DNA of 64,000 nt, taken from an uncultured Acidobacteriota bacterium. GTDB lineage: Bacteria; Acidobacteriota; Vicinamibacteria; Fen-336. How positions within the stretch are numbered: the stretch's first letter is position 1; each line of letters begins with the position of its first letter. The DNA lies in contig CAYTWT010000331.1 in assembly GCA_964442185.1 (NCBI GenBank), positions 156-64,155 of the forward strand, read 5' to 3'. Below, piece after piece: positions 18,793 through 30,433 of the stretch. The notes beneath the pieces were generated by a model. It was not told where the DNA came from, did not search any database, and worked only from the letters and a program-made list of their open reading frames with translations. A program made the position numbers and the translations under genes.

Positions 18793-20073
18793 TTAGGCCA
18801 ATTCAGCGAGCGCCTCGGCCGCGGCCGCGACCGTCTCGTCGATGTCCTGCTCGGTGTGAGCCAGCGAGACGAACGCCGCTTCGTATTGCGCCGGGGGGAA
18901 GTAGATGCCGCGTTCCAGGAGCGCGTGGAAGAAACGCGCGAAGCGCTTCGTGTCGGAGCTCTTGGCCGAGGCGAAGTCGGTCACCGGCCCGCGGCAGAAG
19001 AAGCCGGTCAGCATCGAGCCGACGCGATTGACGGTGAGCATCACCCCGGCGGCCTGCGCCGCGCGGGCCAGCCCCACCTGCAAACGCACGGACAGGGCGT
19101 CGAGGTGTTCATAGGCGCCAGGTCGCAGCAGCGCATCGAGGGCCGCGCAGCCTGCCGCCATCGCGAGCGGGTTCCCCGAGAGCGTGCCGGCCTGGTAGAT
19201 CGGACCAAGCGGCGCCACGTGATCCATGAGCTCGGCGCTACCGCCGTAGGCGGCGACGGGGAGCCCACCGCCGATGATCTTGCCCAGGCACGTCAGGTCC
19301 GGCGCGATCCCGTAGAGTTGCTGCGCACCGCCGAGTGCGACGCGAAAGCCGGTCATCACTTCGTCGAAGATGAGCAGCGCACGGCAGCGCTTCGTGATCT
19401 CCCGCAGCCCTTGCAGGTAGCCGTCGTGGGGACCGACGCAACCCATGTTCCCGGCGACGGGCTCGACGATCACCGCGGCCAGGTCGTCGGCGTGCGCGGC
19501 CACGACGCGTTCCACCGCGGCGATGTCGTTGAAGGGCGCCGTGAGCGTGTCGGCCGCCGTGCCCTCGGTGACGCCTGGCGAGCCCGGAATCCCCAGCGTC
19601 GCGACTCCGGAGCCCGCCGCCACCAGCAGGCTGTCGGCGTGCCCGTGATAGCAGCCCTCGAACTTGAGGATCTTGCGCCGGCCCGTGACGCCGCGCGCGA
19701 GGCGCAACGCGCTCATCGTGGCCTCCGTGCCCGAGCAGACGAAGCGCACCTTCTGGATGCTGGGGACCAGACGCACGACGCGGTCTGCCAGCTCCACTTC
19801 AGCGGCGCAGGGCGCGCCGAAGGACGTGCCGCGATCCGCAGCCTCCTTGATCGCCTCGAGGATCGGCGGGTAGGCGTGGCCGTGGATCATCGGGCCCCAG
19901 GAGCCCACGTAGTCGATGTAGGCCTTGCCGTCCGCGTCCCAGATCCGGCAGCCCTCGGCCTTGCGGATGAAGAGCGGCGTGCCACCGACCGCCTTGAAGG
20001 CGCGGACCGGGGAGTTGACGCCGCCGGGGATGACCCGCTGCGCGCGCTCGAACAGGGCTTCGGACTGGGTCAT
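18793..20073 (-). CDS. hemL: Glutamate-1-semialdehyde 2,1-aminomutase
   Basis: [47 protein letters not shown]. Confidence 0.97.
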   Translation of the reverse strand: MTQSEALFERAQRVIPGGVNSPVRAFKAVGGTPLFIRKAEGCRIWDADGKAYIDYVGSWGPMIHGHAYPPILEAIKEAADRGTSFGAPCAAEVELADRVVRLVPSIQKVRFVCSGTEATMSALRLARGVTGRRKILKFEGCYHGHADSLLVAAGSGVATLGIPGSPGVTEGTAADTLTAPFNDIAAVERVVAAHADDLAAVIVEPVAGNMGCVGPHDGYLQGLREITKRCRALLIFDEVMTGFRVALGGAQQLYGIAPDLTCLGKIIGGGLPVAAYGGSAELMDHVAPLGPIYQAGTLSGNPLAMAAGCAALDALLRPGAYEHLDALSVRLQVGLARAAQAAGVMLTVNRVGSMLTGFFCRGPVTDFASAKSSDTKRFARFFHALLERGIYFPPAQYEAAFVSLAHTEQDIDETVAAAAEALAELA

Positions 20074-20110
20074 GCACAGGAGCCTAGCAGATCGGCGCTC
20101 TGGCGGAGGC

Positions 20111-21082
20111 TCACGACGTCCAGCGTGCGAAGTCCTTCGCGTGGTAGGTCAGGATGATGTCGGCGCCGGCCCGGCGGATCGAGGTGAGCGTCTCGAGGAC
20201 GATACGCTTCTCGTCGATCCAGCCTTTCTGGGCTGCGGCTTTCACCATCGCGTACTCGCCCGAGACGTTGTAGGCCGCGACGGGCAAATCGACGCTCTCG
20301 CGCACGGCGCGGATCACGTCGAGGTAGGGGAGCGCCGGCTTCACCATCACGATGTCCGCGCCTTCAGCGATGTCGAGGCGGACTTCCTTCAGCGCCTCGC
20401 GCACGTTGGCCGGGTCCATCTGATAGCCGCGGCGGTCGCCGAACTGCGGGGCCGAGTCGGCGGCCTCGCGGAACGGCCCGTAGAAGGCAGATGCGTACTT
20501 CGCGGCGTAAGAAAGAATGGCGGTGTCCGCAAAGCCGGCCCCATCGAGAGCCCGCCGGATCGCGCCGACCCGGCCGTCCATCATGTCCGACGGAGCCACG
20601 ATCTGAGCCCCTGCCCGGACATGCGACAAGGCCATGCTCGCGAGCAGCTCCAGCGTCGGATCGTTCCGGACCTGATCGCCCTCGACGACGCCGCAGTGGC
20701 CGTGGGAGGTGTACTCGCACAGGCAGACGTCCGTGATGACGAGCAGTTCGCGGCAAGCGGCGCGGATCGCCCGCGTCGCCTCCTGCACGACACCGTCGTC
20801 GGCGTAGCCCTCGCTGCCGAGCGGGTCCTTGCTTTTCGGCAGGCCGAACAGGATGACACCGGCGATGCCGAGTGCCTCCACCGCATGGGCTTCGCGCGCG
20901 GCTTCGTCGGCAGAGAGCTGGAAGCAGCCGGGCAGCGACGGGATCTCGCGGCGGTAGCCCGAACCCGGGGCGACAAAAAGCGGATAGATGAGCTGCGCAG
21001 GCGACAGCCGTGTCTCCCGGACCAGGGCGCGCAGGCGCTCGCCGCGGCGCAACCGCCGCGGCCGTTCAGCAGGAAAGGGCAT
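20111..21082 (-). CDS. hemB: Porphobilinogen synthase
   Basis: [21 protein letters not shown] (Zn Cys), [27 protein letters not shown]; ATG 21082. Confidence 0.97.
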   Translation of the reverse strand: MPFPAERPRRLRRGERLRALVRETRLSPAQLIYPLFVAPGSGYRREIPSLPGCFQLSADEAAREAHAVEALGIAGVILFGLPKSKDPLGSEGYADDGVVQEATRAIRAACRELLVITDVCLCEYTSHGHCGVVEGDQVRNDPTLELLASMALSHVRAGAQIVAPSDMMDGRVGAIRRALDGAGFADTAILSYAAKYASAFYGPFREAADSAPQFGDRRGYQMDPANVREALKEVRLDIAEGADIVMVKPALPYLDVIRAVRESVDLPVAAYNVSGEYAMVKAAAQKGWIDEKRIVLETLTSIRRAGADIILTYHAKDFARWTS

Positions 21083-21134
21083 TGTTACAGAGTCGCTCCC
21101 CCCAGCTCGCGACGACGAGTGTCTTCCAGGGACG

Positions 21135-21299
21135 TCACTCGTCGTCGTCGCCAAAGAAGAACTGGTGAGAGCACCTCTTGGAACAGAAGTTCCTGCCGAA
21201 GTCTCGGATGGTGCAGTTGTCGCAGGCCCACTTGAAGCAGATCGGGCACTTGTGGAACCGGATCTCCTCGTCGCTGACCCTGCAATTCACGCATTCCAT
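21135..21299 (-). CDS. Small 8-Cys zinc-finger-like protein (54 aa, not in ORF track)
   Basis: Read from sequence: [54 protein letters not shown]; extended -10 TGCTATACT upstream. Confidence 0.75.
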   Translation of the reverse strand: MECVNCRVSDEEIRFHKCPICFKWACDNCTIRDFGRNFCSKRCSHQFFFGDDDE

Positions 21300-21330
21300 G
21301 GCATTTCCCGGGGGGGCTTCGACTTCCGAG

Positions 21331-21339
21331 AGTATAGCA
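21331..21339 (-). promoter_or_regulatory. Extended -10 promoter for small Cys protein (and possibly hemB-hemL)
   Basis: TGCTATACT on minus strand, 31 nt upstream of ATG 21299. Confidence 0.55.
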
Positions 21340-21402
21340 TCCGTAGTAGACTGCTCTCGGGTCAGTCGTCCCCGCGAGGGGCCCCCAAGCCGTCTTGGTC
21401 GT

Positions 21403-21479
21403 GGCGGTGTAGCTCAGCTGGTTAGAGCACGCGGCTCATATCCGCGGAGTCCGGGGTTCGAGTCCCTGCACCGCCACCA
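21403..21479 (+). tRNA. tRNA-Met(CAT), elongator-type
   Basis: GGCGGTG...CGCGG-CTCATAT-CCGCG...GGTTCGAGTCC...CACCGCC-A-CCA; G1:C72 pair excludes initiator. Confidence 0.93.
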
Positions 21480-21511
21480 TTTTTTCCCTCGGAGGCGTTT
21501 CGAGAGAGTCG

Positions 21512-22540
21512 ATGCGAATGACGCCACTCCAGGCAGCACTTCGGCGGTCCTTGCGGGATCTCGGTACGCCGCGCGCCGGGGAAACGCTGCTTTGCGCGCT
21601 CTCCGGCGGGGCGGACTCCGTGGCGCTCGTCCACGCCCTCGCCCTCGCCGCGCCCCGCATGGGTTTTTGCGTGATCGCGGCGCACCTCGACCACGGCCTG
21701 CGGCCGGACTCCGGCCAGGACGCGGAGTTCTGTGTTGAACTTTGCGAGCGCCTCGGCGTCTCCCTTCATGTGGGGAGCGCCGACGTCCGGCTGCGTGCGT
21801 GTCGCGACGGCCAGGGCCTCGAAAGCGCCGCTCGTGAGGAGCGCTACGCCTTCCTGCGGGGCGTGGCGCGTAGCCAGGGCGCCGTGGCGATCGCCGTGGC
21901 CCACACTCGCGATGACCAGGCCGAGACGCTGCTGCTGCGGCTGCTGCGCGGGTCGGGAAGCGTCGGGCTCGGCGCGATGCGCGCTCGGCGCGGCCGGCTG
22001 ATCCGCCCGCTGCTCGGCGTCTCCCGGGCCGAGGTGCTCTCGCATCTGGGGAGCCACGGCCTGAGCTGGCGAGAAGACCCGAGCAACTTCGATCTGGGAC
22101 TGCTTCGCAACCGCGTCCGCCACGAACTGCTGCCACAACTCGAGGCTCGTTTCAACCCGAAGCTGCGCCGCACGCTCGCCCGCACGGCCGCCATTCTGGC
22201 CGACGACGCTGCCTTCCTGGCGGCGCAGGCCAGGCTGCTCTACCGGTCGTCCGTGCACCGCACTCCCGCAGGCATTTCGCTCGAGCTCGCAGGCTTGCGC
22301 AGCGCTCCGCCCGCACTCGCGCGCCACGTGCTGCGGCGGGCGCTGAAGCATCTCGGCGGGCTGCGCGGCGTCGCGGCGGTCCACATCGAACGGCTGCTCG
22401 CGTTGGCGCGCTCCAGGACACCCTCCGGCCGCTGCGTGCCGCTGCCCGGTGGCCGCGAGGTCCGCTTCCGGACGAAGCAGATGACGATCGTCTGCGCGGC
22501 GTTGCCCAGGCCGGTGGTCGCCGCCGGGGTCCCCGCATGA
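21512..22540 (+). CDS. tilS: tRNA(Ile)-lysidine synthase (short form)
   Basis: ALSGGADS, HLDHGLR, ESAAREERY, AHTRDDQAET, RPLL, EDPSN, RNRVR. Confidence 0.93.
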   Translation: MRMTPLQAALRRSLRDLGTPRAGETLLCALSGGADSVALVHALALAAPRMGFCVIAAHLDHGLRPDSGQDAEFCVELCERLGVSLHVGSADVRLRACRDGQGLESAAREERYAFLRGVARSQGAVAIAVAHTRDDQAETLLLRLLRGSGSVGLGAMRARRGRLIRPLLGVSRAEVLSHLGSHGLSWREDPSNFDLGLLRNRVRHELLPQLEARFNPKLRRTLARTAAILADDAAFLAAQARLLYRSSVHRTPAGISLELAGLRSAPPALARHVLRRALKHLGGLRGVAAVHIERLLALARSRTPSGRCVPLPGGREVRFRTKQMTIVCAALPRPVVAAGVPA

Positions 22541-23109
22541 GCCTGCCACGTCCCGACGTCCTGCACAGCGAAGCAGACGTGCGAAGGCGGATCGCCGAGA
22601 TCGGCGCCGAGATCACGCAGCAGTTCGTGGGCGAGGAGCTGTGCGTGGTCGCCATGATGAAGAGCTGCATGGTGTTCATGGCGGACCTGATCCGCGTCGT
22701 GCCACTCGACATGACGTGTCACTTCCTGCGCGTCGCGTCGCTGCGTGACGAGGGCGCCGTCCGGACCGACATCGTGTACTCGACCGAGATCCCCTACGAG
22801 GGCCGCAACATCCTGCTGCTCGAGGACATCGTCGACACCGGCATCACGCTCAGCTTCCTGGTCGACCAGATTCGCGAGCGCCGGCCCAGGAGCCTCAAGG
22901 TCGCGGCGCTGATCGACAAGCCGGGGGAGCGCAAGATCGACGTGCACCCCGACTGGGCGGCGTTCACGGTTTCCGAACCGAGCGAGCGCTTCATCGTCGG
23001 CTACGGTCTCGATTTCGCCGAGAGCTATCGGGGCCTGCCCTATCTCGGCACCATCCCCCGTCCGGCACCCGCGGACGCGAGGATGCAGAACTCTTCCGGG
23101 GGCGAGTAG
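22537..23109 (+). CDS. hpt: Hypoxanthine phosphoribosyltransferase-like protein with divergent loops
   Basis: LLLEDIVDTGITL PRPP motif, FIVGYGLD, YRGLPY; position between tilS and ftsH. Confidence 0.8.
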   Translation: MSLPRPDVLHSEADVRRRIAEIGAEITQQFVGEELCVVAMMKSCMVFMADLIRVVPLDMTCHFLRVASLRDEGAVRTDIVYSTEIPYEGRNILLLEDIVDTGITLSFLVDQIRERRPRSLKVAALIDKPGERKIDVHPDWAAFTVSEPSERFIVGYGLDFAESYRGLPYLGTIPRPAPADARMQNSSGGE

Positions 23110-23112
23110 ACA

Positions 23113-25020
<1,908 letters not shown>

Positions 25021-25088
25021 GGGCGGACTTCTTCCCCCCGGGGCCTCACCTCGGCGAGCGTGCCGCTTCGCGGATACTTGGGGGGACA

Positions 25089-25967
25089 TTGACGACGACC
25101 GGCGCAATCACCAGCGCGAGGCCCCGACACTCACTCAGGGTGCGCGGCGAATCCCGCCAGCTCGGCGACCGCACCTGGCTGATGGGCATCCTGAACGTCA
25201 CGCCCGACTCGTTTTCCGACGGCGGATGCCACGCCGACGCGAGCCGAGCGGTGGAATACGCCCTGTCGCTGTTTGCGCTCGGGGCCGACGTCGTCGACGT
25301 CGGCGGCGAGTCGACCCGCCCCGGCTCCGTCCGGGTCGAGGCCGCCGAGGAGATGAGGCGCGTCGTACCGGTGCTCCGGAGCCTGCGCGACCAGGGCGCC
25401 GGCCTGCTCTCGATCGACACGACCCGGGCTGAAGTCGCTCGCGCCGCCCTCGACGCCGGGGCCGACATCGTCAACGACGTTTCGGGATTCCGCTTCGAGC
25501 CAGCGCTCGCGCGCGTGGTGGCCGCCGCCGGGGCGCCCGCCGTGCTGATGCACCTGCGCGGCGATTTCGCGACGATGCACGAAGCACCGCGCTACCGCGA
25601 CGTGCTGGGCGAGATCACGGCCGAGCTGCGCGAGTCCCTGGCTGTGGGTCGCGAGGCCGGCATCGAGCCGAGTCAGCTGATTCTCGATCCGGGCATCGGC
25701 TTTGCGAAGAACGCCGCCCACAGCCTCGAGACGCTGCGGCGCCTCCACGAGCTTCACGGGCTGGGCCGGGCCATCCTGGTCGGCCCTTCGCGCAAGAGCT
25801 TCATCGGCAAGGCGCTCGAGGGCCCCGCTCACGAGCGCCAGTTCGGCACCGCCGCGGCCGTGGCGGCGTGCGTCCTGTCCGGCGCGCACATCGTGCGCGT
25901 CCACGACGTGCGGGAGATGGCGCAGGTGGCACGCGTCTGTGATGCGATCCTCGGGAGCTGCGTGTGA
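25089..25967 (+). CDS. folP: Dihydropteroate synthase
   Basis: MGILNVTPDSFSDGG, DVGGESTRPG, SIDT, DPGIGFAK, GPSRKSF, VRVHDV; TTG 25089. Confidence 0.95.
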   Translation: MTTTGAITSARPRHSLRVRGESRQLGDRTWLMGILNVTPDSFSDGGCHADASRAVEYALSLFALGADVVDVGGESTRPGSVRVEAAEEMRRVVPVLRSLRDQGAGLLSIDTTRAEVARAALDAGADIVNDVSGFRFEPALARVVAAAGAPAVLMHLRGDFATMHEAPRYRDVLGEITAELRESLAVGREAGIEPSQLILDPGIGFAKNAAHSLETLRRLHELHGLGRAILVGPSRKSFIGKALEGPAHERQFGTAAAVAACVLSGAHIVRVHDVREMAQVARVCDAILGSCV

Positions 25968-26803
25968 TTTCCCGCCTCACCGGCTTCTTCAGCGCCACCG
26001 ACTTCTCGTGGTGGGACGTGCTCGACATCCTGATCGTGGCCTTCGTGATCTACGAGCTGTTGCAGTTCATCCGCGGCACGCACGCCGTGCAGATGGCGCT
26101 GGGCGGCCTGGTGCTCGTCACCTTCTATTGGACCTCGCGCTGGGCCGATCTCGAGACGCTCAACTGGCTGCTGCGAACCTTCATGCCCTACGTCGTATTC
26201 GGGATCATCGTGGTGTTCCAATCGGAGATCCGCAAGGTGTTGGCACATCTGGGCAAGAAACTGCCGTGGGCGTTCTCGCCCGAGAAGAAGGAGGAGACCA
26301 TCGACGAGGTGGTGCTGGCGGTTACCACGCTTGCCTCGCAGAAGACCGGCGCGCTGATCGTGATCGAGCGCGAGATGGGACTGCGCAGCTTCATCGAGAC
26401 CGGCATCAGCCTCGACGCGGTGCTCACCTACGACCTGCTGATCAGCATCTTCAACCCGGGCACGCCGCTCCACGACGGCGCCGTCGTGATCCAGGGTGAT
26501 CGTGTCGCGGCGGCCGCGTGCTTCCTGCCGCTCACGGTAAACCCCGAGTTGTCGCGAACGCTCGGCAGCCGGCACCGCGCTGCGATTGGCGTCACCGAGG
26601 ACACCGACGCTCTGGCCGTGGTCGTTTCCGAGGAGACGAGCCAGGTGTCGCTCGTGGCCGGCGGCGAGATCCGCCGCGCGCTCGACGCGCGGGCGCTGAA
26701 ACAGGCGCTGCTCGAAGCCCTCGAGGTCGGAGCAGGCGAGCCGCGTCCCAGCTCGGCCGCGCGATCGGCCGAGGACAAGGCCGCGCTGGCGCGCGAGAAG
26801 TAG
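25964..26803 (+). CDS. cdaA: Membrane diadenylate cyclase CdaA/DacA
   Basis: Three N-terminal TMs, VFQSEIR, LHDGAVV (DGA), GSRHRAAIG (RHR), VSEET. Confidence 0.93.
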   Translation: MISRLTGFFSATDFSWWDVLDILIVAFVIYELLQFIRGTHAVQMALGGLVLVTFYWTSRWADLETLNWLLRTFMPYVVFGIIVVFQSEIRKVLAHLGKKLPWAFSPEKKEETIDEVVLAVTTLASQKTGALIVIEREMGLRSFIETGISLDAVLTYDLLISIFNPGTPLHDGAVVIQGDRVAAAACFLPLTVNPELSRTLGSRHRAAIGVTEDTDALAVVVSEETSQVSLVAGGEIRRALDARALKQALLEALEVGAGEPRPSSAARSAEDKAALAREK

Positions 26804-27457
26804 ATGCGCTTCCTCTTCGACAACCTCGGACTCAAGGCGCTGAGCCTCGGCCTCGCGACCTTCCTGTGGTTCGTGATCGCCGGTGAGACCACGTCGGAGG
26901 TCGGGCTCCAGGTCCCGCTCGAGTTGCAGAACTTTCCTCGCGACATGGAGCTGACCGGCGACGCGGTGAACGCCGTCGAGGTGCGCCTGCGCGCCTCCCC
27001 GGGCATCCTGCACGGGCTGAACCCGGGCGACGTGTCAGCGCGGATCGACCTGCGCGGGGTGACCGAGGGCGAGCGCATCGTGCACCTGACGGCCGAGGCG
27101 ATCCGGGTGCCTTTCGGCGTCAAGGTGGCGAAGATCAGCCCCGCCATCCTGACCATCAATCTCGAACAGACCCTGCAGAAGATCGTGCCCGTCCGGCCGC
27201 GTCTGCTCGGGCGTCCGGCCCGCGGCTACGAAGTCGGCGAGATTCACAGCGCGCCCGCCCAGGTCCGGATCGCGGGTCCCAGGAGCCGCGTCCTCGAGAT
27301 CGAGAGCGCCTTCACGGAGCCCATCTCCCTCGATGCAGCGCACGGGCCGGTGACCAAACTGGTGAGCGTCGGCCTCGAGGATCCGCTGCTGCGCCTGCAG
27401 GGGGATCCACGGGTCCGGGTGACGGCCGTCGTGAAGGAGATCGGCAAGGAAAGATGA
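26804..27457 (+). CDS. cdaR: YbbR-domain CdaA regulator
   Basis: NLGLKALSLGLATFLWF anchor followed by YbbR-like beta repeats (V.V.GP); between cdaA and glmM. Confidence 0.85.
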   Translation: MRFLFDNLGLKALSLGLATFLWFVIAGETTSEVGLQVPLELQNFPRDMELTGDAVNAVEVRLRASPGILHGLNPGDVSARIDLRGVTEGERIVHLTAEAIRVPFGVKVAKISPAILTINLEQTLQKIVPVRPRLLGRPARGYEVGEIHSAPAQVRIAGPRSRVLEIESAFTEPISLDAAHGPVTKLVSVGLEDPLLRLQGDPRVRVTAVVKEIGKER

Positions 27458-28815
27458 GACAACTCTTCGGGACCGACGGGATCCGCGGCGTGGCGAACGT
27501 GCCGCCCATGACGCCCGAGCTAGCGCTCAAGCTCGGCCGCGCCGTGACGTTCGTGGCGGGCCGCGGCAAGCGCCACCTCCCGCGCATCGTCGTAGGCAAG
27601 GACACGCGGCTGTCCGGCTACATGCTCGAGACCGCGCTCGCCTCGGGAATCTGTTCGATGGGCGGGCGAGTGATCCTGTGCGGCCCGGTTCCGACGCCCG
27701 CGGTCGCGCATCTCACGCTCAGCATGCGGGCCGACGCGGGCATCGTGATCAGCGCCAGCCACAATCCTTACGACGACAACGGCATCAAGGTCTTCGGCGG
27801 CGACGGCTTCAAGCTCGCCGACGAGGCCGAGGCCGAGATCGAGGCGCTGCTCGAAGAGGGCGCTTTGCCGGAGCGCAAGACCGGCAAGGCGATCGGCCGC
27901 GCCGAGAAGCTCGAGGACGCGCGGGGCCGCTACGTGGCCTTCGCCAAGGCCACCTTCCCGCGGGATCTCTCGCTCGACGGCGTCAAGGTAGTGATCGACG
28001 CGGCTCACGGCGCGGCCTACCGTGTCGCCCCGCTCGTCTTCGAGGAGCTGGGAGCCCGCGTGACCGCGATCGGCGTCCGCCCGAACGGGACCAACATCAA
28101 CCGCGATGCGGGGGCCATGCATCCGGAGAACGCGTGTGCGGAGGTGAAGAAGCGCGAGGCCGCGATCGGCATCGCCCTGGATGGCGACGCCGACCGCGTG
28201 ATCGTGATCGACGAAAAGGGCGCGGTCGTGGACGGCGACGCCGTAATGGCGATGTGCGCGTTGCGCATGATTCGCGCCGGCGAGCTGCGCAAGGCCACCG
28301 TGGTCGCGACCGTGATGAGCAATCTCGGCCTCGAGCGCGCGTTGCGGGCCCAGGGCGTCTCGCTCGTCAGGACGCCGGTGGGCGACCGCTACGTCGTCGA
28401 GGCCATGCGCAGCGGAGGCTACAACCTCGGCGGCGAGCAATCGGGCCACCTGGTGTTTCTCGACCACGCGGCCACTGGCGATGGTGTGATCGGCGCCTTG
28501 CAGGTCCTGGCTCTGATGATGCGCACCGGACGGCCCCTCTCGGAACTGGCGCGCGAGTCAATGGAGCGCGTGCCCCAGGTGCTCGAGAACGTCACGCTGA
28601 TCGAACGGCGACCGGTGGAAGGGATGGCGAACCTGGCGCGCTTGTCGAAAGAGATCGAGGCATGCTTGGGTGATTCGGGACGCCTGCTGATCCGCTGGAG
28701 CGGCACCGAGCCGAAGCTGCGGATCATGATCGAAGGCCCGGACGAGGCGAAGCTCCGGGCCTGGGCCAGGCAGCTGGCCGAGGCCGCCCGCCGCGACGTG
28801 CTGGCGCCGGCCTGA
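27454..28815 (+). CDS. glmM: Phosphoglucosamine mutase
   Basis: [41 protein letters not shown]. Confidence 0.96.
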   Translation: MRQLFGTDGIRGVANVPPMTPELALKLGRAVTFVAGRGKRHLPRIVVGKDTRLSGYMLETALASGICSMGGRVILCGPVPTPAVAHLTLSMRADAGIVISASHNPYDDNGIKVFGGDGFKLADEAEAEIEALLEEGALPERKTGKAIGRAEKLEDARGRYVAFAKATFPRDLSLDGVKVVIDAAHGAAYRVAPLVFEELGARVTAIGVRPNGTNINRDAGAMHPENACAEVKKREAAIGIALDGDADRVIVIDEKGAVVDGDAVMAMCALRMIRAGELRKATVVATVMSNLGLERALRAQGVSLVRTPVGDRYVVEAMRSGGYNLGGEQSGHLVFLDHAATGDGVIGALQVLALMMRTGRPLSELARESMERVPQVLENVTLIERRPVEGMANLARLSKEIEACLGDSGRLLIRWSGTEPKLRIMIEGPDEAKLRAWARQLAEAARRDVLAPA

Positions 28816-28891
28816 ACGGGCGCCAGCAGCGTTCAGGGCCCCAGCCGCGGCCGTCGGGACACCTGCGCGGCCGACAGCTATACTTCCTGCA

Positions 28892-29611
28892 ATGCTTCGC
28901 CTGGGCGTCAACCTGGATCACGTGGCCACCGTGCGGCAGGCGCGCAAGGTCGCAGAGCCGGATCCCGTGCACGCAGCCGTGCTCGCGGAGCTGGCGGGGG
29001 CGCATGGGATCACCGTGCATCTGCGCGCGGACCGGCGGCATATCCAGGACCGGGACGTGGAGATCCTGCGGCAGACCGTGAGGACGCAGCTCAATCTCGA
29101 GATGGCTGCGACCCAGGAGATGGTGCGGATCGCGCTGACGGTGAAGCCCAATCAAGTGACGCTCGTGCCCGAGCGGCGCGAGGAGGTCACGACCGAGGGC
29201 GGGCTCGACGTGGTGCTCAACAGCGTCCAGCTCAAGCCGGTGGTGAGGACGCTCCAGGACGGCGGGATCGGCGTCAGCCTGTTCGTGGATCCGGACCTTG
29301 AGCAGGTGAAGGAATCGCACAAGCTCGACGCTGAGGCGATTGAGATCAACACGGCGTCCTACGCTGACGCCCGCGAGGACACGGCGCTCGAGGCCGCGCT
29401 ACGAAAGATCATCGACGCTGCCCGCCTCGCGAAACGCCTCGGGCTTTCGGTCCACGCGGGCCATGGGCTCACGTATCAGAACGTCCGGGCCCTGACCGCG
29501 ATCTCGGAGATTTCCGAACTCAACATCGGCCACAGCATCGTGTCGCGGGCGCTGCTCGTGGGTATGGAGCGGGCGGTCCGCGAGATGTTGGACGCCATGG
29601 GGGCGCGGTAG
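28892..29611 (+). CDS. pdxJ: Pyridoxine 5'-phosphate synthase
   Basis: [57 protein letters not shown]. Confidence 0.96.
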   Translation: MLRLGVNLDHVATVRQARKVAEPDPVHAAVLAELAGAHGITVHLRADRRHIQDRDVEILRQTVRTQLNLEMAATQEMVRIALTVKPNQVTLVPERREEVTTEGGLDVVLNSVQLKPVVRTLQDGGIGVSLFVDPDLEQVKESHKLDAEAIEINTASYADAREDTALEAALRKIIDAARLAKRLGLSVHAGHGLTYQNVRALTAISEISELNIGHSIVSRALLVGMERAVREMLDAMGAR

Positions 29612-29644
29612 TACCATTCCTCACCGACTCCCGGGAGAGAGCCA

Positions 29645-30406
29645 ATGATCGAGGCCTTCGGGCAGACCGACGTCGGGCGCCGTCGCAAGCTCAACGAGGA
29701 CATTTTCCTCGTCGACAACGAGGCGGGGCTCTACGCCGTCTGCGACGGCATGGGCGGCCACAACGCAGGCGAGGTGGCCTCGAAGATCGCGATCGAGACG
29801 CTTGGCGTCTTCATCCGGAAGAGCCACAAGGAGAAGGAGATCACCTGGCCGTACGGCCTCGACGTGAACCTGTCTTTCGACGGCAACCGCATCAAGACCG
29901 CCCTCAAGCTCGCGAACAAGAAGGTCTTCAAGGCGGCCGACAACCGCGAGGATTACACCGGCATGGGCACGACCGCGGTAGCGGCGGTCGTGAGCGGCAA
30001 CCTGATGACCGTCGGCTCGGCGGGAGACAGCCGCTGCTACGTGTTCACGCAAGGCAAGCTCACGCAGCTCACGCGCGACGACTCGTGGGTCTCGGCGGCC
30101 TGGGCGGAGGGGATCCTGACCGCCGACGAGATCGAGCGTCACCCGCTGCGCAACGTGATCACCAAGGCGGTCGGGGCGAAGGAAGACATCGAGATCAACG
30201 TCGTCGAGCACAAGCTCTTGTCGGGCCAAGTGGCCATGGTGTGCTCCGATGGCTTGCACTCGATGCTCAACGACGCGGCGATCCTTGCGGCCGTGACGCC
30301 CTTCCCCCAGGGCCTCGAAGAAGCGGCCGGCAAGCTGATCGCCGCGGCGAACGAAGCCGGAGGCAAGGACAACGTGTCCGTCGTGCTGATGCGCTACAGC
30401 GAGTAA
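29645..30406 (+). CDS. PP2C-family Ser/Thr protein phosphatase (Stp1-like)
   Basis: TDVGRRRKLNED, VCDGMGGH, GMGTT, GDSR, CSDGL, GGKDN. Confidence 0.93.
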   Translation: MIEAFGQTDVGRRRKLNEDIFLVDNEAGLYAVCDGMGGHNAGEVASKIAIETLGVFIRKSHKEKEITWPYGLDVNLSFDGNRIKTALKLANKKVFKAADNREDYTGMGTTAVAAVVSGNLMTVGSAGDSRCYVFTQGKLTQLTRDDSWVSAAWAEGILTADEIERHPLRNVITKAVGAKEDIEINVVEHKLLSGQVAMVCSDGLHSMLNDAAILAAVTPFPQGLEEAAGKLIAAANEAGGKDNVSVVLMRYSE

Positions 30407-30433
30407 GGCCCCCCAGAGAGGGCCCAAGACCCG

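Noticed and set aside
18793-21082. hemL-hemB as a dedicated heme supply for the multiheme cluster
   Set aside because: They lie about 30 kb away amid housekeeping genes, with no evidence of linkage.
21085-21294. ORF-track 69-aa ORF and opposite-strand 21178-21738 ORF
   Set aside because: They are alternative frames of the Cys-rich 21135-21299 ORF and overlap the tRNA-Met gene.
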